From positions 68,760,001 to 68,824,000 of the forward strand of contig CM059432.1 in assembly GCA_030390025.1 (NCBI GenBank): 64,000 nt of DNA, in the 5' to 3' direction. This DNA comes from Squalus acanthias. Taxonomy: Eukaryota. Made by a program: the position numbers and the translations under genes. Positions 37,869 to 49,692 of this stretch are shown here, piece after piece. Position 1 is the stretch's first letter; every line of letters begins with the position of its first letter. The notes beneath the pieces are model-generated. The model worked only from the letters and a program-made list of their open reading frames with translations, was not told the DNA's origin and made no database searches.

Positions 37869-38035
37869 CAATGTTCCTTCTAAGCTGTGCGGCCGCGCAG
37901 CAATCTGCAAGGCCCCGCGCAGGCCACTCACCGGCTTTTCTATTGTAAATACTGCACATGCGCAGAAATTTAAAGGGACCGTGCATTAAAAGAAACAGGC
38001 AGCGCAGAACAAAGCGCAGCTTACAGGGAACATTG
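37869..38035. mobile_element. hAT-type MITE
   Basis: TIRs caatgttccttctaagctgtgc / caatgttccctgtaagctgcgc; 8-bp TSD atgtcaat / atgttgat. Confidence 0.85.
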
Positions 38036-38245
38036 ATGTTGATGTGCATCTATATGTGTATGTCTGCGTATCTATGTATATGTATTTCTGCATATCTGTG
38101 TATGCCTGTGTATCTAAGTATAATGGGTATATATTGAAGGACAGATTGTACACGGTCTGTGGAAGGACCAGGCTTAACAGGCAGGATGGCCATTTCTTGG
38201 ACAGAATTTTATAAATTTAATATTCTTTCACATTTCTTTTCTCAG

Positions 38246-38411
38246 TTATAGGCGGCAGTACCAACCGCTAAGTCTGAATCGACTGCAGTATTTGATAGAC
38301 CTGGGCAGAGTGGATCCCAGTCAACCGATTGACCTGACCCAATTGGTGAATGCGAGAGGAGTTACAGTCCAGCCACTCAAAAGAGACTATGGAATCCAGC
38401 TAGTAGAGGAG
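38246..38411 (+). CDS. MRPL15: MRPL15 coding exon 3 ([55 protein letters not shown])
   Basis: 166-nt exon with ttctcag acceptor and gtaatg donor. Confidence 0.96.
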
Positions 38412-39505
38412 GTAATGCAAACCAAGCATTTTTCTGTGTTGACGACACAAAGTGATGGCTGTCAAGTAGGCTCAGCAATTTTCCAATTATTCCCAGGAAG
38501 CCTATCTTTACATGCAAATAATAGGAAATAAATCTACCACATGTTGTTTTTGAATCCTTAGCAGCTATACTAACAGTAGAATTCAGAAGACTAAACTTCA
38601 TTAAAATATTTACTCTTTTTCCTCGAGTTCAAGAAATCCTGTCTCAAACACAACTGGCCGCAAATTCCTCCTTTTTATCTCATGGGCAAAGTCACTTAAC
38701 CACTAGGAGTAAGCTTTTGGCTTAGTGGTAGCATTCTTGCCTCTGAGTTGGAAGAGGCAAAGGTCAAACCCCGCTATAAAGAGTCCTGGCAAGAGGAGAC
38801 CGGTGCTCTGGTTCCCCACTTTCTCTTCCTCCTCCCCTCTCCTCCTCTTCTCTCACTCTCTTTCCCATTGATTTCCCCACCCCCGAACTTTCTTTCAGAC
38901 ACACTCGTTCTTACCTCTGTTCCTGTTTCCTCTCTCCTCTGCTACCTCCCCCTCACCACTGCCTCATTCCCTTCCCTCCCTCCATGCGCTGCTTTACTCT
39001 ACTCTCCCAGTCCCTTCCTCTTCTCTCCCAATTCCGCTCCTGTTTCCCCTCCCCTCCCCCCCCCCCCCCCCCGGGTTATTTGTTCAAAGTGAACTTTACA
39101 GATCAGTAGGAGTTCTCTTGTTTGTTTGTTTTTGTTTTTTATCAGGTGCTTTTTTTTTTGTCCCGACTAGCCTGTATGCCTAATCTAGTGAATCTCCACA
39201 TCATAATCTAGTGAAGAAACTGATGCAAAGCTAGCCAGTTACAGTTTATTTGAACAGTTGTTTTTCTGGCTGCCATTAGATGGAAGCAAAAGCACAGTTT
39301 GTGAGCTTATAGACAATCCTGCTAGGAGGATCTTATAGTTTATCAAGAATATAATTAGAAACTGAGAAATCTTTGTGCATCCAAATAGGTAATTGTGAAC
39401 AATGTTTTCATCTAGATTACTATAAAATATAACCACAGATATGAGCCAACAATTAATTGCATTTATGAAAATTACTACGACTACAATTCTTCTTTCAATT
39501 CTTAG

Positions 39506-39629
39506 GGTGCTGATAGTTTTGCAGCCAAAGTAAGCATTGAAGTTCAGTGGGCATCAGAGCTTGCTATAGCAGCGATTGAAAGGAATGGTGGAATTATAAC
39601 TACTGGATTCTATGATCCACGATGTTTAG
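39506..39629 (+). CDS. MRPL15: MRPL15 coding exon 4 ([41 protein letters not shown])
   Basis: 124-nt exon with ttcttag acceptor and gtaagc donor; AIE.NGG motif. Confidence 0.96.
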
Positions 39630-39763
39630 GTAAGCACAGTTCTGTTTTTTAACCATTTGCACATAGATTTGTTTAAAACAAGCCGGGCCTTTTATTGTAC
39701 CTTTTTGAGAACTATCTAAAATTGAATTCTCATTCTGTAATTTTTGTATGGTGTTGATTCTTT

Positions 39764-40376
39764 GGCCTAGAAATTCGATAACTTTGCACCCAATGTTCAG
39801 GCGCTAAACGGTCACTTAAGCCTCCACTGTGGCAGGCTAGAAGCATGTGCTCGTGGCAGGCTAGAAGCATGTGCTCATTGCAAGCTGGAAGAGTGCCACC
39901 GACCATATTGATACTGGCAAACAAAAATAGGGCCCGTGCCTAAAACAGTCATTAGGCCCCTTGCATATGCAAATAAGGGGCTTAGTACCTGTTTGAGGTC
40001 CCCTGTACAAAATTGGGTTGCTCTGAATGCAGCTGGCACTAGGCTGGCTGTGTTCAGCAAAACCAGGTCTTCCTGCAACCTAATCAGCGGTCGTTAAAGG
40101 GTACTCTACCTGCTATACCCCCCTCTAGATCGCCTTCATTCCTGTTTGCTTGCCCTTCCTCTTTAAGCACTTACCTGATGTTTCTTGTCGGTGACATAGC
40201 GGCCCGGAATTCCAGGCCTCTTCGCCAGCAAGCTGCCTGGAGACGCCCAGCGGGTGTCTGCAGCTCACGGGTCTTATTTAAATGAGGCCCGAGTCTCAAT
40301 AGCGGGTGTGCCTAGGGCTTACCTGTTGAAGCACAAGGATCATTCCCTGCCCCCAGTTCGAACCAGCTTCTATTTA
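39764..40376. mobile_element. Probable Harbinger-like non-autonomous element
   Basis: Starts ggcctagaaattcg like other TIRs in the window; internal palindromes; 24-bp tandem duplication at 39829-39876; right end uncertain. Confidence 0.45.
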
Positions 40377-40806
40377 CAATAGAAAGAAAAACATGATAAA
40401 ATAATCAAAAATCTAATGCTGTAAGAGTCCTGTGTAAAATTATCAGCTTCAATCAAGTTCATAGTGAGTATAGGTCTGCAGCACAAAACTGCTCTAAATT
40501 GACAGACTTCGAATGACTGAGATGAACAAAACGAGTAAGTGCACTGCAGTAGTTTTTGTCAATCCTGATGAACAGAAAATGTTATGTTCTAGTTAGGTCT
40601 GACATGTATGGTATGGAACTTTTATTAGAATTCAGTGCTTGTATCAGGTATGATTTGTTCAGACTTTTTAGTGTACTTGAGCAATAAACTTACTGTGGAT
40701 TTAAATATCTGAACTGGTATCATGCAACAAACCTATAGTGTAAAGTAATTTAATCTTCATGTATCAGCATGGTTAACCATTTAGCAATGTTTCTGCATTC
40801 AAACAG

Positions 40807-41144
40807 AGATTTTGTGTAAGCCAGTGCCCTTTTTTCTAAGAGGACAACCCATTCCAAAACGTATGCTTCCACCTGAAGAACTAGTTCCTTACTATACAGA
40901 TGCTCGAAATCGTGGTTATTTAGCAGATCCAGCAAAAATTCAAGAGGTACGGATGGCACTTGCTAAGAAATATGGCTACATTTTACCAGACATTACCAAA
41001 GATGAGATGTATAGCATGTTAACAATGCGCAAGGATCCTCGGCAAATTTTCTTTGGTCTTGCTCCTGGTTGGGTGGTGAACCTGTCTGAAAAGAAAATTT
41101 TAAAACCAATTGATGAAGAGCTATGTAGTTACTATAGTTCTTGA
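40807..41144 (+). CDS. MRPL15: MRPL15 last coding exon ([19 protein letters not shown]...CSYYSS*)
   Basis: aaacag acceptor; [14 protein letters not shown] and [10 protein letters not shown] motifs; exons total 891 nt = 296 aa + stop. Confidence 0.97.
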
Positions 41145-41217
41145 AACTGTTGATAATGACGTAGTTGTAACTAGAAATATCAATGCTGATTCCTTGCCTG
41201 TGTAAATTGAATTATGT

Positions 41218-41223
41218 ATTAAA
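41218..41223 (+). terminator. Candidate MRPL15 polyadenylation signal ATTAAA
   Basis: About 75 nt after the stop codon and followed by a T/GT-rich tract. Confidence 0.6.
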
Positions 41224-41368
41224 AGACTACTTGTTTTCTACTTTTTTGCGTTATTTTGTTTTTGAGTTCAGTTCTTCTGTTGACTTTGATGACTAGTTAT
41301 TGGTTTTACGCATAGAAAGTTAGCAGCCAGTATCCTGTGGTGTTGCTCATGGTAAGTTGGAGGATACA

Positions 41369-41755
41369 GAGGCACGGTAGCATAGTGGTTAAGTCACTTG
41401 ACTAGTAATCCAGAGGCCTGGACTAATGATCCGGGGACGTGAGTTCAAATCCCACCACGGCAGCTGGGGAATTTAAATTCAGTTAATTAAATAAATCTGG
41501 AATATAAAGATTCATATATTAGATTATGGTGACCATGAAACTACCAGATTGTCGTTTAAAAACCCATATGGTTCACTAATGCCCTTTAGGGTAGGAAATC
41601 TGCTGTCCTTACCTGGTCTGGCCTATATGACTCCAGACCCACAGCAATGTGGTTGACTCTTAACTGTCCTCTGAAATGGCAGCTCAAGGGCAATTAGGGA
41701 TGTGCAATAAATGCTGGCTTTGTCCGCGACGCCCACATCCCATGAACAAATATTT
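41369..41755 (+). mobile_element. tRNA-derived SINE (MetaSINE-like)
   Basis: tRNA A/B-box-like head; central ggttcactaatg.cctttaggg...tccttacctggtctggccta domain; tail shared with the LINE at 3333-3405. Confidence 0.75.
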
Positions 41756-42413
41756 TTTAAAAATACACTGTTTATAACAAAGAGGATGTTATACTATTTA
41801 ATGCACAATATATTCTATAATACACTTGATCTCCTGTGCTGTTGCTTCTGGAGGAAAATAAAAACAAAATTGACTTAATTCCTACAATTTCTTTCCTACT
41901 CATTCTTTCTGTTTGTCTTTTCCTTCTTCCACTCCTTTTTATGGCTCTGAGATTTTTCTCAGACACCACAATTTTTAATTCTGATTTTTTTTCTATTGCT
42001 TGTGTAAGTCTTTCTGTTGCTGTACCTCTTCTCAATCTGTCTGCATGGCTCTGACACATTTCTTTACTTATGTACTCAATTTCCATCCCATGCCTTTTTA
42101 AAGCTCTGGATACACAACTAGACTCCAAATCAAGGTACTAAGAAATCACATGAGTAGAATTTCCATTTGCTGGATACTGAATGCACACTTTCTCCCTATA
42201 GGACACACCTCATTTCCATAAGACCAGAGAGCATTGGTACGGGTTGTAAGTAGCCAAGGCTTGGAGACCCCCAAATGATAGTGCTGGAGTTTAAGGGGCT
42301 ATTTTGGGGAAAGGGTGAAAACAGATGCTAAGTGGGTGTTGTGCTAATAAGACACAACTGTTTAAAAGTCTGGTTTTTAGCCTGCAATTTTGAGGCTAAT
42401 TGGTGATTACCAT

Positions 42414-43145
42414 GGCTCGTATTTTCTGATCAGAGGCTTCCTGAGTGCGGAGGCATCCGATCTGGAAAAAATCTATGCCCTTACCTGAGGGCTCCGGAAG
42501 TCCGGCCATTTCCGCTCCTGGGCCTCTGCTCTACGAAATGCGCAGGGCCCAGGTATTCCAGGAGCGCATGCAGTTCGCAAGTGTCCCTGGGATCACGTGG
42601 GGAACCAATGGGAGAAGGGAATCTCCCTTCATACTTTTGATAGCTTAGACCTGTCAAAAGTATGAATGGAGATCTCTCCAAAAACACATCAAAACATTAA
42701 AAAAAAAATTAAATCACGTTTTTAAAATTGGCTAAAATAAAATTTTTTGTTTAAAATACTTAATTAAATTGTTTGAAAAAAAAATTAAAGTTTCTTTACA
42801 GGGCTAAAAATAAACGTACCTTTTTTAAAAGTATTTTTAAATTATAAATGAGTGGGAAATTTTTTTTAAACTCTTATGCTGGTAAAAGCAGGCCTTGTGC
42901 CTGCTTTTACCAGGTGTAAGATTTTTAAGCGATTTCAGCGGGCGGAGGTTCTGCAGAAAGCGGAACTCTCCACCTGCAGAGGCCCTTCTCCAGGGCAGGC
43001 GTGTGATCTGTCAAAGGATTCTTGACTGATCGGCAATGCTGGTTTTCAGCGCATGCGCTTCGCATGCCTGAAACCGGCACTTGCGAGGTCCCTATGGGTG
43101 TGTACACAGCTCGTACACACCCGTATGGATCGGAAAATACGGATT
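42414..43145. mobile_element. Harbinger-like MITE nested in an older Harbinger end (from ~42295)
   Basis: TIR core cgtattttc(t/c)gatc (13/14); hairpin ggtaaaagcaggc...gcctgcttttacc; GCGCATGCGC at 43049. Confidence 0.55.
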
Positions 43146-43283
43146 TAAAAGTGCCTAGAGGTACTAAAACGGAGACCTGTACGTTTAGCACTCAGGGACT
43201 GCTTAGCAATTTTGGTGGAGGGGTAATGTAGCCTCCACGTACCCACTTACACTGAAGGTGTGGAATGCGCTGGCTGCCAGACA

Positions 43284-43533
43284 ATGGCACGTGTCAGCAT
43301 AGCTCCGGAACAAAAGGAGAGGGCTCCCAGGTTCTTGGAGGCCTGGTAGAGTTGGTGCAGCCGATGAGACATGTCCTTTACGTGTGGAGGGGGGGCGGGG
43401 AAGGAGGCCACAGAGGCATCTAATCTGATGGAAATGGGAGGAGATCGTCGAGGAGGTCACAACCAGGAGCAGTGCCCACATGACATGGCTCCAGTGCCAC
43501 AAAAAATGTAATGATTTCACAAAAGTGGTCAAG
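43284..43533 (+). pseudogene. Remnant of Harbinger Myb/SANT gene exon 1
   Basis: ERAPRF...KWEEIVEEVTTRSSAHMTWLQCHKKCNDFTKVVK followed by a gtaag donor; contains stops and frameshifts. Confidence 0.7.
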
Positions 43534-43544
43534 GTAAGATCTCA

Positions 43545-44405
43545 CAAACAAGAAATAGCTGAGCACACTGGATACAGCAAAGGCTCTGGGCTCTGACAAC
43601 AGCCTGGCTGTAGTGCCGAAGACTTGTGCTCCAGAACTAGCCGCACCTCTAGCCAAGCTGTTCCAGTACAGCTACAACGCTGGCATCTACCCAACAAAGT
43701 GGAAAATTGCCCAGGTATGTCATGTCCACAAAAACCAGACAAAGACATTTCGACCAATTACCCCACCATCAGTCTACTCTCAATCATCAGCAAAGTGATG
43801 GAAGGTGTCGTCGACAGTGCTATCAAGCGGCAGTCACTCACCAACAACCTGTTCAGTTTGGGTTCTGCCAGGACCACTCGATTCCAGACCTCATTACAGC
43901 CTTGGTCCAAACATGGACAAAAGCTGAATTCCAGAGGTGAGGTTAGCGTGACTGCCCTTGACATCAAGGCAGCATTTGACCGAGTGTGATGTCAAGGAGT
44001 CCTAGTAAAATTGAAGTCGATGGGAATCGAGGGGAAAATTCTCCACTAGCTAGTCGTATCTAGCACAAAGGAAGATGGTTGTCCCAGGACATTGCTGCAG
44101 TAGTTCCTCAGGCAGTGTCCTAGGCCCAACCATCTTCAGCTGCTTCATCAATGACTTTCCCTCCATCATAAGATCAGAAGTGGGGATGTTCACTGATGAT
44201 TGCACAGTGTTCAGTTCCATTCGCAACTCCTCAGATAATGAAGCAGTCCTTGCCTGCATGCAGCAAGACTGGGATAACTTTCAGGCTTGGGCTGATAAGT
44301 GGCAAGTAACATTTGCGCCACAGAAGTGCCAGGCAATGACCATCTCCAACAAGAGAAAGTCTAACTTCCCCTTGACATTCAATGGCATTATCATCAAATC
44401 CCCTT
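43545..44405 (+). mobile_element. CR1-group LINE RT fragment (same family as 2465-3407)
   Basis: KTCAPELAAPLAKLF, LDIKAAFDRV and GSVLGPTIFSCFIND motifs. Confidence 0.85.
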
Positions 44406-44784
44406 GAAGCATACTAGTTCCTTAGGTAACTTCACAAACAATGCACCATCTGTGAAAAGAAGTGTTGCATAGTTGAACAAATCACTGACTATTTGAATAT
44501 GTGATAAATTATTTTCACTTGCTATAAAACATTGTTGCACAAAAATTTAATAACAAACATGGAGGGGTGTGGGGGGGGAAAGTTCAGCCATAAATGAACA
44601 TCTATTTAGAAACAAAGTGTTTTTTTGGAGTTTTGTACTGCACTTATTGTGAAAATCTTTCTCATCATTATTCTTTGTACCATATAACAGATGATTCTGA
44701 AACTTTGATATTTACAAAACCTATTCTTCGTTACATGTTTTCTATTTATTTTACAGCATAACATACATGATATTGTACTTTCAA

Positions 44785-45805
44785 GTCAGATGACACCAAA
44801 TTGGGGTTATAGTTAATACTGAGGAAGACTGACAAAATACAAGAAGACATTAATAAACTTGCAGAATGGGTGTGTAAATGGCAAATGGATTTCAATGTAG
44901 ATGTGGGTGAGGTGGTGCATTTTGGTAGGAGGAATAAGGAGGCCACACACTCCTTGGAGAATAAAAATCTAAATGGGTTAGAGGAATAAAGGGATCTAGG
45001 GGTACACGTTCCCAAATCATTAAAAGTAGCAATGCAAATTTACAAAATCATAAAAAACACAAACAAAGCACTGGGGTTCATTTCTAGAGGAATGGAACTG
45101 GAAAGCAGGGAAGTTAAGTTAAACTTGTATAGAACCTTGGTAAAACACATTTAGAGGTGCAATAAAGATTTACAAGGATGATACCAGAGCTGAGAGGTTA
45201 TAGCTATTTTCTCTAGAAAAGAGAAGGCTGAGTAGTGACCTAATAGAAGTCTTTACAATTATGAAGGGGTTTGATGGGGTAGATGTAGAGAAGATGTTTG
45301 CACTTGTGGGGAGCCCAAAACTATGGGCCAGGAATGTAAGATAGTCACAAATAAAACCAATAAAGAATTCAGGAGAAACTTCTTTACCTAGAGAGTGGTT
45401 AGAATGTAGCACTTGCTACCACAAGAGTAGTTGAGGCGAATAGCATAGATGCCTTTAAGGGGAAGCTAGATAAGTACATGAGGGAGAAAGGAATAGACAA
45501 TAAGCAGATAGAATTACATAGAATATACAGCACAGTAACAGGTCATTTGGCACAACTAGTCTGTGCTGCTGTTTATACTCCACACAAGTCTCCTCCCATT
45601 CCATCTGCCTCATGTCAGCCTTTCAGCATATTGTTTTACTCCTTTTTCTCTCATGCACTTATCTAGTTTCCTTTAGAAAGCATCTAAGCTACTTGCCTCA
45701 ACCATTTCCTTTTATAGCGAGTTCCACATTCTAACCACTCTGAGTAAAGACATTTCTCCTTATTTCCCTATTGGATTTATTAGTAACTATCTTGTATTTA
45801 TGGCC
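44785..45805. mobile_element. Two decayed CR1 3' fragments (+ 44785-45500; - 45510-45805)
   Basis: DDTKLG and RRNFF remnants; an opposite-strand tail at 45510. Confidence 0.65.
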
Positions 45806-45806
45806 T

Positions 45807-47045
45807 AAAAACAGAAAATGCTGGAAATACTTAGCAGGTCAGGCAGCATCTGTGGAGAGAGAAACAGAGTTAACGTTTCAGGTCAATGACCCTTCGTCAG
45901 AACTGGAAAAAGCTGGAGATGGAACAGGTTTTTAAGCAAGTGTAGGGGCAGGGTAAGGGGGGAGGGGAGGAAAGAACAAAAGGGAAGGTCTGTGATAGGA
46001 TGAAAGGCAGGAGAGATTAAGAGACAAAAGGAATGATGGTGCAAGGCAAAAGGAGATGGTAATGGGACAAGTTAAGAAACAAAAGATGGCTCTAGATGAA
46101 GTGTAAATGGCACTGGCAGAATGAAAGACAGCTGCCATGTGAGAGAGAGAGAAAAAAATGGAAAAAAAAGGTATGTCTGAAATTGTTGAACTCGATGTTA
46201 AGTCCAGAAGGCTGTAAAGTGCCTAATCGAAAGATGAGGTGCTGTTCCTCGAGCTTACGTTGAGCTTCATTGGAACAGTGTAAGAGGCCGAGGACGGTGA
46301 GGTCTGAGTGGGAGTGGAGCGGAGAATTAAAGTGACAGGCAACCGGAAGCTCGGGGTCACCCTTACGGACTGAATGGAGGTGGTCCACAAAGTGGTCACC
46401 CAATCTGCGTTTCGTCTCCCCAATGTAGAGACCGCATCGTGAGCAGCGAATACAGTATACTAAATTGCAAGAAGTACAAGTAAATCACTGTTTCACCTGG
46501 AAGGAGTGTTTGGGGCCCTGGACAGTGGGAAGGGAGGAGGTAAAAGGGCATATGTTGCATTTCCTGTGCTTGCACAGGAAGGTGCCGAGCTAAGGGGAAG
46601 GGATGTTGGGGGTGATAGAGGAGTGGACCCTTCGGAATGCTGAAAGGGGAGGTGAGGGGAAGATGCGTTTGGTGGTGGGATCACGCTGGGGGTGGTGGAA
46701 ATGGCGGAGGATGATCCGTTGAATGTGGAGGCTGGTGGGGTGAAAGGTGAGGACAAGGAGAACCCTATCGTGGTTCCGAGAGGGAGGGGAAAGGGTGAGA
46801 GCAGAAGTGCGGGAAATAGAACGGGACACGGTCAAGGGCCGTGTCAACCACAGTAGAGGGGACTCCTCGGTTGAGGAAAAAGGAAGACATATCGGAAGCA
46901 CTAGTATGGAAGGTAGCATTGTCAGAGCAGATGCGGCGGAGATGGAGAAACTGGTAGAATGGAATAGAGTCCTTACAGGAAGCGGAGTGGGAGGAAGTAT
47001 AGCCCAGGTAGCTGTGGGAGTCAGTGGGCTTGTAGTGAATGTTAA
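45807..47045 (-). mobile_element. Penelope-like retroelement 3' part (RT thumb, GIY-YIG endonuclease, terminal repeat)
   Basis: YKPTDSHSYL..SSH...SIPF.QF..LRRICSD and PVACHFN...LEEQHLIFRLGTLQPSGLNIEF motifs. Confidence 0.88.
45868..45904 (-). ncRNA. Minimal type I hammerhead ribozyme
   Basis: AGUU-CUGACGA-AGGGUCAUUGACCU-GAAA-CG-UU-AACU: intact core boxes, stem I AGUU/AACU, a stem II hairpin and a palindromic stem III. Confidence 0.7.
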
Positions 47046-47048
47046 CTT

Positions 47049-48005
47049 CCACTTTGTCAGGTAGATGCCAGTGTTGTAGCTGTACTGGAACTGCTTGGCT
47101 AGAGGCGCAGCTAATTCTGGAGCACAAGTCTTCAGCACGACAGCCGGGATGTTGTCGGGGCCCATAGACTTTGCTGTATCCAGTACACTCAGCCATTTCT
47201 TGATATCACGTGGAGTGAATCGAATTGGATGAAGACCGGCTTCTGTAATGGTGGGGACCTCAGGAGTAGGCCGATATGGATCATCCACTCACTTCTGGCT
47301 GAAGATGGTTGCAAACGCTTCAGCCTTGTCTTTTGCACTCATGTGCTGGGCTCCGCCATCATTGAGGATGGGGATATTCATGGAGCCTCCTCCTCCCGTT
47401 AGTTGTTTAATGGTCCACCACCATTCACGACTGGATGTGAAAGGACTGCAGAGCTTTGATATGATCCGTTGATTGTGGGATCGCTTAGCTCTGTCTATAG
47501 CATGCTGCTTCCACTGTTTAGCATTCAGGTAGTCCTGTGTTGCAGTTTCCCCAGGTTGGCACCTCATTTTTAGGTACACCTGGTGCTGCTCCTCTTCTGC
47601 ACTCTTCATTGAACCAGGGTTGGTCCTCTGGCATGATGGTAATTGTAGAGTGAGGGATATGGCGGGCCATGAGGTTGCAGATTGTGGTGGAATACAATTC
47701 TGCTGCTGCTGATGGCCCACAGCACCTCATGGATGTCCAGTTTTGAGCTGCTAGATCTGTTCTGAATCTATCCCATTTAGCATGGTGGTAGTGCCACACA
47801 ACACGATGGAGGGTGTCCTCAGTGTGAAAACGGGACTTCATCTCCACAAGGACTCCACTGCTACCAATACTGTCATGGACAGATGCATCTGCGACAGATA
47901 GATTGGTGAGGATGAGGTCAAGTAGGTTTTTCCCTTGTGCTGGTTTTCTCACCACCTGCTGCAGGCCCAGTCTGGCAGCTCTCCTTCAGGACTCGGCCAC
48001 CTCAG
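47049..48005 (-). mobile_element. CR1-group LINE fragment (EN end, linker, RT start)
   Basis: NLLDLILTN, PWFNEEC and GPDNIPAVVLKTCAPELAAPL motifs. Confidence 0.85.
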
Positions 48006-48149
48006 TTAGTTGTGATAATCAGCAGGAGAGACTAATTGGATAGCTGTTTAAAAGAATCAGCACAGGCATGATGGGCCGAATGGCCGCCTTCTGTGCTGTA
48101 CGATTCTATAATTCTGTGATACCCATGTACTAGGAATATTCAGTAAGAA

Positions 48150-48590
48150 AAAACTAGCATTTATATAGCACCTTTCATATCCTCTGGATGTCCCACAACA
48201 CTTCACAGCCAATGGATTACTTTTGAAGTGTAGTTACTGTTGTCATGTGAGCAATATGGCAGCCAATTTGCACACAGCAAGGTTTCACAAACAGCAATGA
48301 GATAAATGACCAGCTAGTCTGTTTTAGTCATGTTGGTTGAGGGATAAATATTGGCCCTGCTGTTCTTTGAATCGTGGCATTGGATATTTTACATTCGCCT
48401 GAACAGCAGGATAGAGCCTCAGTTTAACGTTTCATCCAAAAGACAGCACCTCTGACAATGCAACCGTCCCTCAGTACTGTACTTCACTGAAGTGTTCGCC
48501 TAGATTTTGTGTTGAAGTCACAGAGTGGGATTTAAACTCACAACCTTCTGACACAGAGCAGAGTGTGACCACTGAGCCAAGTTGACATTT
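48150..48590 (-). mobile_element. DeuSINE
   Basis: Diverged full-length copy of the 7148 family. Confidence 0.75.
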
Positions 48591-49692
48591 TGGCCACTAT
48601 CATTTGTGCCAGGTTGAATAGTAAAATGTTTCAGCAGTTTAAACTATAACCATCAAGCAGAAAAAACATGTGTTTTTGAGGTAGATAACACTAATGTGTT
48701 AATTCATATTTTTCCTGCATAATGAGAGCATGTGCCACGGTGATTATATTTTGTGTAATATACATAGTAAATAAATTTTCACTTTTAGTTAATTTTCAAA
48801 AGTTACTGCAGGTGACATGGAAATGAGGGGGAAAATAGTTAATTGTGTAAATGAAAACAGGAAACAGATGCTTGCTTGCTGGAGGTGATAGGACTGCGCT
48901 GATTAAGTGGACGTGATGTTAGACAGGGAGCAGCTGCTTCCTGGTTACAATGTTGTCTCCTTTTGCTTACTTACAAATTGTATCCGAAGCTGAGCTGCAC
49001 CAAGCTGCTTTTCTTTCTAAATTTGAGCAATAACTAGGCACGAGGCTGTAAATCAGTAAATTGCTACCGTGCACCACATTATTTTTAAAAAGCAACATAA
49101 TGCCTGGCTTTAAGTAGGTACAATGCCATTGAGATTTGTATGACTGATTTAAGAATTGAAATTATATTTATTGGATTTTATTTATATTTAAAATCTATTT
49201 TAAAACCTCCTGTTATGTCATTCCAAACTAAAGAATCTTTTTTCAATGTATGAGCTCTATCAATTTACAATTTAATGCAAATGAAATTTTAAATAAGAGT
49301 GCAAAATGTAAATTACTTGCTTTGGCTGTGAATTTGACTTGTTGAGAAAACTGTTTGCTGAACACTGGCATTGGTTTCATTTCACGGTACAGTGCATCCT
49401 TAGTTGATCTAAAACTGGCAATGGAATAATGTTCTGAACTGTGATTTATCATACTTTCGATCCTATAAATAAATCATGATTTTGTTTATACTATTAATTT
49501 AGACAGCATTTATTAGTGAGTCTACAGATTAGAAGCTAAATACGGATGACGAAAGCCATTCAGTTCACTTACCTCTTCATTCCAGTTTTGGTCAAGGGAG
49601 CAAGTTAGGTCCTTGAGGCAGTTCAGAGAGGAGCCATTAGGCTGATTCCTAGCATCAGATGACTGAGTTCTGAGGAAAGACTGGAGAAATAG

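Noticed and set aside
38815..39072. ORF 38748-39092 and pyrimidine-rich tract as coding sequence
   Set aside because: Low-complexity C/T sequence after a SINE head, lying in MRPL15 intron 3.
39829..39876. CRISPR-like repeat
   Set aside because: Two adjacent 24-bp copies with no spacer in a eukaryotic transposon; a simple tandem duplication.
41369..41465. tRNA gene
   Set aside because: A tRNA-like SINE head without a complete cloverleaf, continuing into the SINE body.
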